From: a virus
Lineage: Duplodnaviria; Heunggongvirae; Uroviricota; Caudoviricetes
Length of the DNA: 42,272 bases
Strand: one strand, 5' to 3'
Virus record (IMG/VR): IMGVR_UViG_2529292726_000021
This document shows positions 1-7,706 of this stretch, in pieces. The position numbers were made by a program, and so were the translations under genes. The stretch's first letter is position 1. Every line of letters starts with the position of its first letter. The notes beneath the pieces are model-generated. The model was not told where the DNA came from. It saw only the letters and a program-made list of their open reading frames with translations, and made no database searches.

Positions 1-1149
1 AAAGATATCGTTTACTTCCACAGCCTGTTCTGGCCTGCCATGCTGGAAGGCAGCAACTTCCGCAAGCCGACCAACCTGTTTGTTCATGGCTATGTGACGG
101 TGAACGGCGCGAAGATGTCCAAGTCTCGCGGCACCTTTATTAAAGCCAGCACCTGGCTGAATCATTTTGACGCCGACAGCCTGCGTTACTACTACACTGC
201 GAAACTCTCTTCGCGCATTGATGATATCGATCTCAATCTGGAAGATTTCGTTCAGCGTGTGAATGCCGATATCGTTAACAAAGTGGTTAACCTGGCCTCC
301 CGTAATGCAGGCTTTATCAACAAGCGTTTTGACGGCGTGCTGGCAAGCGAACTGGCTGACCCGCAACTGTACAAAACCTTTACTGATGCCGCTGAAGTGA
401 TTGGCGAAGCATGGGAAAGCCGCGAATTTGGCAAAGCTATCCGTGAAATCATGGCACTGGCTGACCTGGCTAACCGCTATGTTGATGAACAGGCTCCGTG
501 GGTGGTGGCGAAGCAGGAAGGACGCGATGCCGATCTGCAGGCGATTTGCTCTATGGGCATTAACCTGTTCCGCGTGCTGATGACGTACCTGAAACCGGTA
601 CTGCCGAAACTGACTGAACGTGCAGAAGCATTCCTGAATACAGAACTGACCTGGGATGGTATCCAGCAACCGCTGCTGGGCCATAAAGTGAATCCGTTCA
701 AGGCACTGTATAACCGTATCGATATGAAACAGGTGGAAGCACTGGTGGAAGCATCCAAAGAAGAAGTGAAAGCCACAGCTGCACCGGTAACTGGCCCACT
801 GGCTGACGACCCGATTCAGGAAACCATCACCTTTGACGACTTCGCCAAAGTTGACCTGCGTGTGGCGCTGATTGAAAACGCGGAGTTTGTCGAAGGTTCT
901 GACAAACTGCTGCGCCTGACGCTGGATCTCGGTGGTGAAAAACGTAATGTCTTCTCAGGCATTCGTTCCGCTTATCCAGATCCACAGGCACTGATTGGTC
1001 GTCACACCATTATGGTGGCTAACCTGGCACCGCGTAAAATGCGCTTCGGTATCTCCGAAGGCATGGTGATGGCTGCTGGCCCTGGCGGAAAAGATATCTT
1101 CCTGTTAAGCCCGGATGCTGGTGCTAAACCAGGCCACCAGGTTAAGTAA
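1..1149 (+). CDS. metG: methionyl-tRNA synthetase, C-terminal part (5' end outside window)
   Basis: Frame open from position 1 to TAA at 1147-1149; translation (KMSKSRGTF ... AKPGHQVK) recognised as enterobacterial MetG C-terminal region. Confidence 0.95.
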
Positions 1150-1167
1150 TTAAACAACCTCTCTTCG

Positions 1168-1198
1168 CAATGCCCGGCAACACGCCGGGCATTTTCAT
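1168..1198 (+). terminator. rho-independent terminator of metG
   Basis: GC hairpin AATGCCCGGC-aacac-GCCGGGCATT followed by TTTTCAT, 20 nt after the metG stop. Confidence 0.7.
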
Positions 1199-1233
1199 AT
1201 AGACACAATCCCTCCTGATTTACACAAGCCCTA

Positions 1234-1302
1234 AAACAATTTGTTTTCTACCTTTTGTTGATTGAGATAATAAGCCACATAAGAAAACAACTTGTTTTGG
1301 AG
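1234..1302 (+). promoter_or_regulatory. early promoter/leader module, copy 1
   Basis: Palindrome AAAACAAtTTGTTTTCTACC (1234-1253), -10-like GATAAT (1266-1271), palindrome AAGAAAACAAcTTGTTTTGG (1281-1298), then GGAG and ATG at 1311. Confidence 0.5.
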
Positions 1303-1310
1303 TAGTTGAA

Positions 1311-1610
1311 ATGTTGAACATTACCCAAGCCTACCAGGTGGCATTGATCAGTTCATCTCATACATCAGAGGAAGATGCTCGCCGATTCATGATCGCAAGC
1401 AATGAGCTGGATTGGGTTTCACAAATTGATGGCGGTTGTATTGTTCACGCCGGGTTACAGGATGATGTCTGGAAAGACGACTTGCGTCGATATGGTATAT
1501 CCGAAGGCGCGATTGCTAACATTCAGAAAGTACTTGATGTAGGCTTTGACTCTGTACATTTTGATTGTGGAGCACCAGTCGTTGAAGGGCTTGAGTGCTG
1601 GAACTGGTAA
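1311..1610 (+). CDS. hypothetical small early protein (99 aa)
   Basis: ATG start 9 nt after GGAG; preceded by the conserved module; no recognisable motif. Confidence 0.6.
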   Translation: MLNITQAYQVALISSSHTSEEDARRFMIASNELDWVSQIDGGCIVHAGLQDDVWKDDLRRYGISEGAIANIQKVLDVGFDSVHFDCGAPVVEGLECWNW

Positions 1611-1655
1611 CAGATATTAAAGCATTGGTAGTTTGTTTTTAGGATTATCAAAGAA

Positions 1656-2390
1656 ATGAAAAAGTTGAAAAGTTTAGAAATCCCTGGGACTGGTTATAAA
1701 TTCTTTATGGACAACGCGGAGTGTGCGCCTAACGCGTTGGAAAAAATACAAAGTCTTATCAACAGCCTTACTGAAGAAGCGAAAGAACTGAAGAGCGAGG
1801 CGACAAAGGACAATACAGCTAAAATCCAATGCTTAAATCTCGTTTCTTATTGTTTATATCAAGTGTCCAAAACACTGATTAAAGGCAATATCTATTACGA
1901 CGATGAAGACACCTCGACACCTGAAGAAAAAGATAGCGATGAAGAACTCTATGAAGATATCTCTACCAGTGCGGGTCACGCTGCCTTCGATGCTATGGGT
2001 GAATCGTCAGGCATCAGATCGTTTGTTGAACAGAACAATTCGACAATAATGATTGAGTACTGTGAACAAACAAGCTCCAAGGCCATACATGTTCTTCACG
2101 ATGTTGCTGCAGGGGTTCGCTGTGAGGCTGAAGCGGTCAGAAAGGATGTATTTGGTGCAGACAGTAATACCGTGAAAGCGTTCATCAACAGTGCTCTGCT
2201 AAATTCTTACTCAACCCTTATCGTCAATGCGGCACTATGCGCAAATTCAGGTGAAGAACACATTGTCATAACTGAAACCAAACATGAGCATCAACAGTCA
2301 CCAACCATAGAAGAGGTAACTGCATTGGCTATCAAACAGGCGAGTGAAATTAGTGATGAAATTCTCTCTCTGCTAAACAAAACTATGTAA
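1656..2390 (+). CDS. hypothetical acidic protein (244 aa)
   Basis: ATG with AAAGAA upstream; D/E-rich stretches such as YYDDEDTSTPEEKDSDEELYEDIS; no catalytic motif recognised. Confidence 0.6.
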   Translation: MKKLKSLEIPGTGYKFFMDNAECAPNALEKIQSLINSLTEEAKELKSEATKDNTAKIQCLNLVSYCLYQVSKTLIKGNIYYDDEDTSTPEEKDSDEELYEDISTSAGHAAFDAMGESSGIRSFVEQNNSTIMIEYCEQTSSKAIHVLHDVAAGVRCEAEAVRKDVFGADSNTVKAFINSALLNSYSTLIVNAALCANSGEEHIVITETKHEHQQSPTIEEVTALAIKQASEISDEILSLLNKTM

Positions 2391-2559
2391 AACATTGATA
2401 ATGGCGGTCACAATTTGATTCTTTTCTATAAGAATCCGTTGATCGCCACTACTCCCCTTCCATACCTGCAATCACATCCTTAAATATCAATAGGTTATAG
2501 TTATTTATACCAATAAGAAAACAACTGAATAACAGATCAACGAAACGTCAACGCTTTCA

Positions 2560-3340
2560 CCCGATTTGGTCTAAAAAATTGACGTTTTCACACATCACTT
2601 CTTATACCCGTAATTCTACGCAGCAGATAGCGCCACAGCGTCCAATTTTCACCACAGACGACCCAACACACTACCAACAAAAACACACGCTCAAAATCGC
2701 TCCCGTTGCGTTACATAACCATATAAACAACTTATTTTCAGGCATAACAAAACAACTAAATAACACACATGCCATTCCCAAAAACAACCAACCTCTTTAT
2801 GGCAGGCTACCGAAAAGACCCACCTCTTCTCCCCAGGCTACCGGACAACCAACCTAACTTTCACAGGCAATCCGAAAACATTCATACGCGCGATACCCAC
2901 GACACGCCATTCCCCAAACAGCGAAGAAACACCAGAATCACTGAAACCCCAACGAAGCCTGTAACCGCAAGGATTCTCTCAATCCCAAAAGACACGAAAC
3001 ATAACAATCACGGGAAACGCCATTACCCAATACACGAATAACTACAAAAGCCTTTCACACACTCCAGACAAACAACTCAAACACAATAACGAAAGGAATC
3101 GCCCACCTGCCATTACTCCATACACGGAGAAGAACAATCACCAAAACGACGAGAACACCCCATAGAAGAACCACCGCAAAACGAACGAAACCACATACAC
3201 CGACAGAGAAAACAACACACCCAATTCACCAACAGAAATAGTCGCCGTATAGAACGTTCTGGAAGGAGTGAGCATTAACGCCTATAGAGAGGTTGAGACA
3301 GATAAAACACAACATGTATAGCGAAGAAGCCAGGTATGTA
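2560..3340 (+). other. A+C-rich, G/T-poor strand-asymmetric tract; candidate non-coding transcript or protein-binding region
   Basis: Sampled 60-nt lines are about 80% A+C on the plus strand; degenerate repeats GCCATT(C/A)CCCAA at about 2772, 2908, 3020, 3110; half copy of the early motif (AAGAAAACAAC, 2515-2525) just upstream. Confidence 0.35.
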
Positions 3341-3353
3341 TAAGTGGGGAGGG

Positions 3354-3378
3354 AAGGAGGGGTGTCGCCTCCTTTTTC
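3354..3378 (+). terminator. candidate terminator hairpin at end of the A+C tract
   Basis: AAGGAGG-ggtgtcg-CCTCCTT followed by a T run; preceded by G-run GGGGAGGGAAGGAGGGG. Confidence 0.4.
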
Positions 3379-3440
3379 GTATTTATTCAACTCCTGATTT
3401 TATCCCCCCGTAACACCCCTACGGTCAGCCTTCGGTCCAT

Positions 3441-3580
3441 ACAGGGAAAAGGTTGCATCCCGCTACAGAAACGGCTGGGTTGCCTTCGGGGAACGGCTGG
3501 AGGTTTTCAGGGAAACGGTCGAGTTGCCTGTGTGGATTTCGGGAAAAGGCTCGATGCCGGTTCAGGAACGGTGGCGTACC
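3441..3580. repeat. iteron-like direct repeat array 1 (six ~21-23 bp imperfect units)
   Basis: Units GGGAAAAGGTTG, AGAAACGGCTGG, GGGGAACGGCTGG, GGGAAACGGTCG, GGGAAAAGGCTCG, GGAACGGTGGCG spaced about two helical turns apart. Confidence 0.6.
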
Positions 3581-3888
3581 GGTATAGCGAGAGGGAGAGT
3601 TGCGGCTACCCACCTGTAATGTGCGGGAAGAAGAGAGGCGCTCACGTGCAGGCGGACTTGCTTACCGCTGGATTCCCTCTGAATGCCAGCTACAGCGTAA
3701 TTGTGCCAGACAGCCAACGGGTCACAATCGATTTCAGTAGGTTTTCGGGGAGAGGATTATTCTGCCCCCCAGCCACTTTCGGCCACTAAATCAGAATAAT
3801 GTAAAAAGTGTACTCGGTACTGAACCTGAAAACTCACTGCCAAAACCACATTCACCGGAATAAAATCCTTTTTCGCCTGTGTGTTATT

Positions 3889-3927
3889 GCGATAATAACA
3901 CCATCAAGAAAACATGTTGTTTAAGGA
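3889..3927 (+). promoter_or_regulatory. early promoter/leader module, copy
   Basis: GCGATAATAACACCATC followed by AAGAAAACAtgTTGTTTAAGGA; ATG at 3935. Confidence 0.5.
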
Positions 3928-3934
3928 TTGCTTT

Positions 3935-4264
3935 ATGTTTGCAAATATCGACATCAACCAAATCAAGAAAATGACTCAAAAAGAGTTTGACCAGTTTTAT
4001 GAGCTGGAAGGTTGGTCTTCCACTCTGATTAATTCAAGATGGGTGCTGGAACTGATGACTCGTGATGACGCACCTGCTTTGATGATCAGCGACCTGGGTG
4101 AAGATGCTGACTTTATGGATATGAGCGAATTTTGTGTGGACACATACAACCGCAGCCAGAAGTACTACTTCACATGCGATAGCGAAAATGACGTGATTTC
4201 TAAGGTCTATCTTCACCTCGTCCAGCATTGGGACGTTCAGGACTTCCTTGAGATGTTCGCGTAA
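3935..4264 (+). CDS. hypothetical small acidic protein (109 aa)
   Basis: Start moved from track ATG 3914 (inside the motif) to ATG 3935, which has AAGGA 8 nt upstream. Confidence 0.55.
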   Translation: MFANIDINQIKKMTQKEFDQFYELEGWSSTLINSRWVLELMTRDDAPALMISDLGEDADFMDMSEFCVDTYNRSQKYYFTCDSENDVISKVYLHLVQHWDVQDFLEMFA

Positions 4265-4273
4265 ACTCAACCA

Positions 4274-4300
4274 AAGCCAGCATTGCTGGCTTAATTTCTC
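4274..4300 (+). terminator. candidate terminator
   Basis: AAGCCAGCA-tt-GCTGGCTT hairpin followed by AATTTCTCT. Confidence 0.45.
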
Positions 4301-4373
4301 TATAGCCGCAGGGAAGAACCTGCATATAGCTCATGCACCTGATCAATATGCTTTGTAGCCGTTTTCTTACTGG

Positions 4374-4412
4374 TATTATTTACGCCATTGAGAAAACAAG
4401 TTGTTTACGGAG
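4374..4412 (+). promoter_or_regulatory. early promoter/leader module, copy
   Basis: GAGAAAACAAGTTGTTTACGGAG immediately before ATG 4418. Confidence 0.5.
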
Positions 4413-4417
4413 TTGTG

Positions 4418-4729
4418 ATGAAAAAATCATTGGTTCTTGGTCTGGACAAAGACCAGAAGAGAAAAGAGAAGCCTGCGCTGGTTGCTCAATTAACTTTGCT
4501 GGACATCGTTGCCAATGGAACCTCTATTCGTCTGTTCCGTGAAACAGCGGTGTCTTTCGATAAAAACACCTTTACTCGTTATGTAATGAATGTTCGTCGC
4601 CAGCGTGGAAAAGGCTGGGTGGCATTTCAAAGAATGTGGCCGGAACATCAGCTCGAACTGGCTTTGATGGAAGTTAACCGCGTGGCCCAGCAAGAGATTC
4701 AGAGAGCATCAGTGATGGCAATAGCCTGA
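4418..4729 (+). CDS. hypothetical small basic protein (103 aa)
   Basis: Track ORF starts at a TTG inside the motif (4388); ATG at 4418 with ACGGAG upstream preferred. Confidence 0.55.
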   Translation: MKKSLVLGLDKDQKRKEKPALVAQLTLLDIVANGTSIRLFRETAVSFDKNTFTRYVMNVRRQRGKGWVAFQRMWPEHQLELALMEVNRVAQQEIQRASVMAIA

Positions 4730-4765
4730 TAATGTGCAAGTGGTAATTAGTCGACCGTACGACAG

Positions 4766-4792
4766 CCCCGCCATCCTTACGGGGTTTTTTTG
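4766..4792 (+). terminator. rho-independent terminator
   Basis: CCCCG-ccatcctta-CGGGG followed by TTTTTTT. Confidence 0.75.
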
Positions 4793-4855
4793 TATTGTAA
4801 GTACATACTTACGATCATAGAATATAAAAATAACCAATACACTACGGAGAGTGAA

Positions 4856-5251
4856 ATGACCGTTAAACGCGAAAAACTGACAGTTGATGTTTACTATGCC
4901 TCTGAAACCGCCGAAGGTAAGAATGTGGCAAAAATCACCGTTGTTACGTACAACACCGAAACTGGTGCCGAAGTACAGGCCAGTACGATCGTGCGTAAAT
5001 GTGATGCCTCCGGCGGCGAGTACGCGACTCAATACCAGTCCATTCTCGATGCAACTGACCCGCTGCTGCTGAAAATCGAGAACTACTTCCGCCAGGTTGA
5101 TGAAGAGGTGTTTGAAACCATGATGAATATGGTTAATTCCGTATTCACCTCCAGCCTGAACACCAGCACCACCTGGATTGGTCAGTACGGCCTGCGCATT
5201 ACCTCTGGCATTCCTGCTGACACCTTAATCCCTGAAAGCGTATTCGCTTAA
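4856..5251 (+). CDS. hypothetical protein (131 aa)
   Basis: ATG 4856 with ACGGAGAG upstream; track ORF start 4790 lies in the terminator region and is unlikely. Confidence 0.6.
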   Translation: MTVKREKLTVDVYYASETAEGKNVAKITVVTYNTETGAEVQASTIVRKCDASGGEYATQYQSILDATDPLLLKIENYFRQVDEEVFETMMNMVNSVFTSSLNTSTTWIGQYGLRITSGIPADTLIPESVFA

Positions 5252-5260
5252 TCCTCTTTA

Positions 5261-5288
5261 AATGGCGCGTAAACCGCGCCATTTTCTT
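5261..5288 (+). terminator. rho-independent terminator
   Basis: AATGGCGCG-taaa-CCGCGCCATT followed by TTTCTT. Confidence 0.75.
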
Positions 5289-5296
5289 ATACCCGA

Positions 5297-5359
5297 TAAC
5301 AATTTGTTTTCTACCTTATCTACACTGCGATAATTACAACAACAAGAAAACAAGAGGAA
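5297..5359 (+). promoter_or_regulatory. early promoter/leader module, copy
   Basis: ATAACAAtTTGTTTTCTACC (5297-5315), GATAAT (5329-5334), AAGAAAACAAGAGG (5345-5358); ATG 5365. Confidence 0.5.
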
Positions 5360-5364
5360 AGCAG

Positions 5365-5559
5365 ATGAAAACTATTACTCAAGTACAGCAAATCTGGGCG
5401 CAGCTAGCAAATGAGCCTGTGGATAACAATCAGCAGCTTGAGCGTGCATTTCACCATTTTGAAGCCGGTGACAGCATCATTGACGTGTGGGTGTGGATCG
5501 ACGGGCTGTGTCCAGATATCACCGTTGCACAGTTGCAGGAGATGGGGCACGATGACTGA
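5365..5559 (+). CDS. hypothetical small protein (64 aa)
   Basis: ATG with AGAGGAAAG upstream. Confidence 0.5.
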   Translation: MKTITQVQQIWAQLANEPVDNNQQLERAFHHFEAGDSIIDVWVWIDGLCPDITVAQLQEMGHDD

Positions 5560-5637
5560 TCTCACCATTACCCCAAAAGCACAAAATGTATTCCTTGAAT
5601 CATGGCTGGATTTGCCGCATTAAGTGAGAGTATTACG

Positions 5638-5901
5638 ATGGCAAAATTGACCAGAGCGCAGGAGCATGACCTGCGACGCGCAATTTATGATCTTGAAAGG
5701 GGGATCGCGTATCTGCGACACCCAAAAACTGCGGTTTGCTATCGCCACGATTACCCTGCAACTACCACATCGGCATATTCATCGCACGACGGGAAGACAT
5801 CACTTTCCCCTGTTTGCATCGACTACGGCTCGAATATCGTCGGTCTTTATCATGCGCTAGAAACGTTGAAAGAGTTCGTTGCAGCACATCGAAAGCAATG
5901 A
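5638..5901 (+). CDS. hypothetical small protein (87 aa)
   Basis: Internal ATG 5638 preceded by GTGAGAG preferred over track start 5602, which lacks an SD; start uncertain. Confidence 0.45.
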   Translation: MAKLTRAQEHDLRRAIYDLERGIAYLRHPKTAVCYRHDYPATTTSAYSSHDGKTSLSPVCIDYGSNIVGLYHALETLKEFVAAHRKQ

Positions 5902-6030
5902 TATATAGGCTGCCAATGCTGGTGGCCTTAAATGACCATCCTGTTCCACGCAGGCTAAAAACACCAACCTCTTACCTCTAGGCAACCGACAAACCCACCT
6001 GTTCCCGTCCGGCTACCGCAACTTTCCACT

Positions 6031-6090
6031 TTGACGCCTTATTCGTACAACGATAATTAACACCAACAAGAAAACAATTTGTTATTTACG
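6031..6090 (+). promoter_or_regulatory. early promoter/leader module, copy with sigma70-like -35
   Basis: TTGACG (6031-6036), 17 bp, TAATTA within CGATAATTAACACCAAC, then AAGAAAACAAtTTGTTATTTACG (6068-6090); ATG 6105. Confidence 0.55.
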
Positions 6091-6104
6091 ATAAGGAATT
6101 AATC

Positions 6105-6587
6105 ATGAATTTTATCGCTACTGTAAACGCACCCGCACATGGCAATATCGCTGTAACGTTCTCTGACATTGAAAAACGAGTACTTGGTGCATGGCGCGAC
6201 AATGAGACGGTAGAACTGTCAGCACAAGAAAAATGCAATATTGCACGCGACATCATTGGCAATCGTCGTTACTCGCGGGTATTTGAGAAAGCGTATGTGG
6301 TAAATTCTGGATTCGGAACGTTCGTCTTTCCGGTGCGCTCCGGGCGATTCTGCCAGTCCAAGCTGATTGAGTTCGCTACGCAGATTTCTTTCTGGATTAA
6401 AACTCAATCGTCGTTCAAATTTTCCGACGATGAAGCAGTATCGCAGGGGATGCGGATCGCCAACAATGCGATTAAATGCAAAAACATTACGTATACCGCT
6501 GGCGTTGATACATGGAAACTGTTTTGCGCTAACTTTATGCTGAATGTATACGCAAGCAACCGCATCCACATCCTTGATGGCGTGTAA
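6105..6587 (+). CDS. hypothetical protein (160 aa)
   Basis: ATG with AAGGAA 7 nt upstream; no motif recognised. Confidence 0.6.
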   Translation: MNFIATVNAPAHGNIAVTFSDIEKRVLGAWRDNETVELSAQEKCNIARDIIGNRRYSRVFEKAYVVNSGFGTFVFPVRSGRFCQSKLIEFATQISFWIKTQSSFKFSDDEAVSQGMRIANNAIKCKNITYTAGVDTWKLFCANFMLNVYASNRIHILDGV

Positions 6588-6596
6588 CTGAGAAGA

Positions 6597-6618
6597 GGGC
6601 CAGAAACGGCCCTTTATC
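6597..6618 (+). terminator. candidate terminator
   Basis: GGGCC-agaaac-GGCCC followed by TTTATCT. Confidence 0.45.
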
Positions 6619-6636
6619 TATAGCCACCAGCTGCCG

Positions 6637-6761
6637 CAGGGAAATTTTCAGAAGCGGCGAGGAACGTATTCATGAGCCGACGGGGGAACGGCCAGGATTT
6701 TTTCGGGAAACGGCTGCATTCGCCTTTGTGTAGAAAAAACATCGGGAAGCTGGTGGAATCC
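6637..6761. repeat. iteron-like direct repeat array 2
   Basis: GGGGGAACGGCCAGG, GGGAAACGGCTGCATTCGCC, GGGAAGCTGGTGGAATCC share the GGRAAMGGYTG core of array 1. Confidence 0.55.
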
Positions 6762-6842
6762 AACCAGCGGTTGTCGGACAGGTGAGCGAGGAAAATTATG
6801 ATGACTTTCGTCGCCTGAGACATCCAGATTTCTTTCGTAGCG

Positions 6843-6897
6843 TAATCACATATGTGATTAAGTGGTGTGATTATGTGAAAAATCACGCGCACATAAT
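6843..6897. promoter_or_regulatory. cluster of palindromic operator-like sites
   Basis: Perfect 18-bp palindrome TAATCACATATGTGATTA (6843-6860) followed by further TGTGATTA / CACATAAT half-sites. Confidence 0.45.
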
Positions 6898-7134
6898 ACG
6901 CGAGCGGATACGGAGCAAAACAAAATGCCGATCCGCGCCGACAAATAAACGCGGATCATAAAGCAAGACTAAAAGCCAATAATTAACCATACTCTATAGC
7001 GCAATATAACGCGTTTTAAGCGCGTTAATGTGTTAAGTAATGGGTATATACTGGTAAGGATATAAAAGCTCGTCTGTGGCGTTATTTTGGCGCTTATTTT
7101 TATGTTGTTGGAGTGAGTTAAAGACAATAAAAAA

Positions 7135-7214
7135 GCGCCACTATTGGCGCGTTATGGTGGAAGTATTGGAAACGAAAAAAGCGCCCATAGTGGGCGCTAT
7201 TGTTTTTATTTTTC
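7135..7214. terminator. tandem hairpins; bidirectional terminator
   Basis: GCGCCA-ctat-TGGCGC (7135-7150) and GCGCCCA-tag-TGGGCGC (7181-7197) flanked by A runs on one side and T runs on the other. Confidence 0.65.
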
Positions 7215-7433
7215 TAAGTGAATATTAAAGCCAGCGTTTAAAAATTCTTGAAGCATTAAAGTAACATCAGCTTCATTGATTCCTGCGCGCGCTCTATGTT
7301 CTACGTCATTGATGTTTATTTTAAACGTTGTTTCATCAACCACTTCAGAACTTAGAGCATATCCAGCTAAACCAGCAATATCATAAACAAGAGTATGATT
7401 ATTGATATTTACGCCAGAGATGAAAATAACCAT
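7206..7433 (-). CDS. hypothetical protein C (75 aa), AT-rich cassette
   Basis: ATG with AAGGAA 8 nt upstream on minus strand; ends just before the bidirectional terminator. Confidence 0.55.
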   Translation of the reverse strand: MVIFISGVNINNHTLVYDIAGLAGYALSSEVVDETTFKININDVEHRARAGINEADVTLMLQEFLNAGFNIHLEK

Positions 7434-7454
7434 GATTAAGTTCCTTAAAAAAAA

Positions 7455-7658
7455 TTAAATAGAATTTTGAAGTTTTCCGATTAATGCGCTTAAACGTAAG
7501 TATTCACGTTTACGCTTGCAATCTCGCTTGCTGTTAAGCAAATCAGAAAACGTAAAATTTAATTGGTCGCGTTGCGCGATTAAATCATTGATTAATTCTA
7601 GTTTATAAGCGCGATACTTTGCGCGATATTCCGCGCGGATCTTGTCATAGCTGACCAT
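7455..7658 (-). CDS. hypothetical basic protein B (67 aa), AT-rich cassette
   Basis: Start moved to ATG 7658 with AAGGAG 8 nt upstream; the track start at 7703 lies inside an intergenic hairpin. Confidence 0.5.
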   Translation of the reverse strand: MVSYDKIRAEYRAKYRAYKLELINDLIAQRDQLNFTFSDLLNSKRDCKRKREYLRLSALIGKLQNSI

Positions 7659-7706
7659 TTTTAAAGCTCCTTTAAAGCGCCCATAGTGGGCGCTTGATTC
7701 CATTAA

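Noticed and set aside
2579-3041. Track ORFs 2579-2857 and 2769-3041 (92 and 90 aa, Pro/Thr/Gln/His/Asn-rich)
   Set aside because: They lie in the A+C-rich tract; the amino-acid bias is what any frame of such DNA yields, and there is no SD-like sequence. Treated as non-coding.
3425-3789. Track ORFs 3425-3613 (minus) and 3532-3789 (plus) over the iteron array
   Set aside because: They overlap the direct repeats, have no SD and no coherent protein-like composition; more likely a DNA-level element.
5552-5623. 23-codon ORF (MTDLTITPKAQNVFLESWLDLPH) whose ATG overlaps the stop of the 64-aa gene
   Set aside because: Too short to support without conservation or ribosome profiling data.
3441-6761. 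Possibility that the two direct-repeat arrays are CRISPR arrays
   Set aside because: Units are imperfect and variable in length, with no uniform repeat-spacer periodicity and no cas genes nearby.
6614-6892. Track ORF 6614-6892 (minus, 92 aa) across iteron array 2 and the palindrome cluster
   Set aside because: Spans regulatory repeats and lacks a start context; judged spurious.
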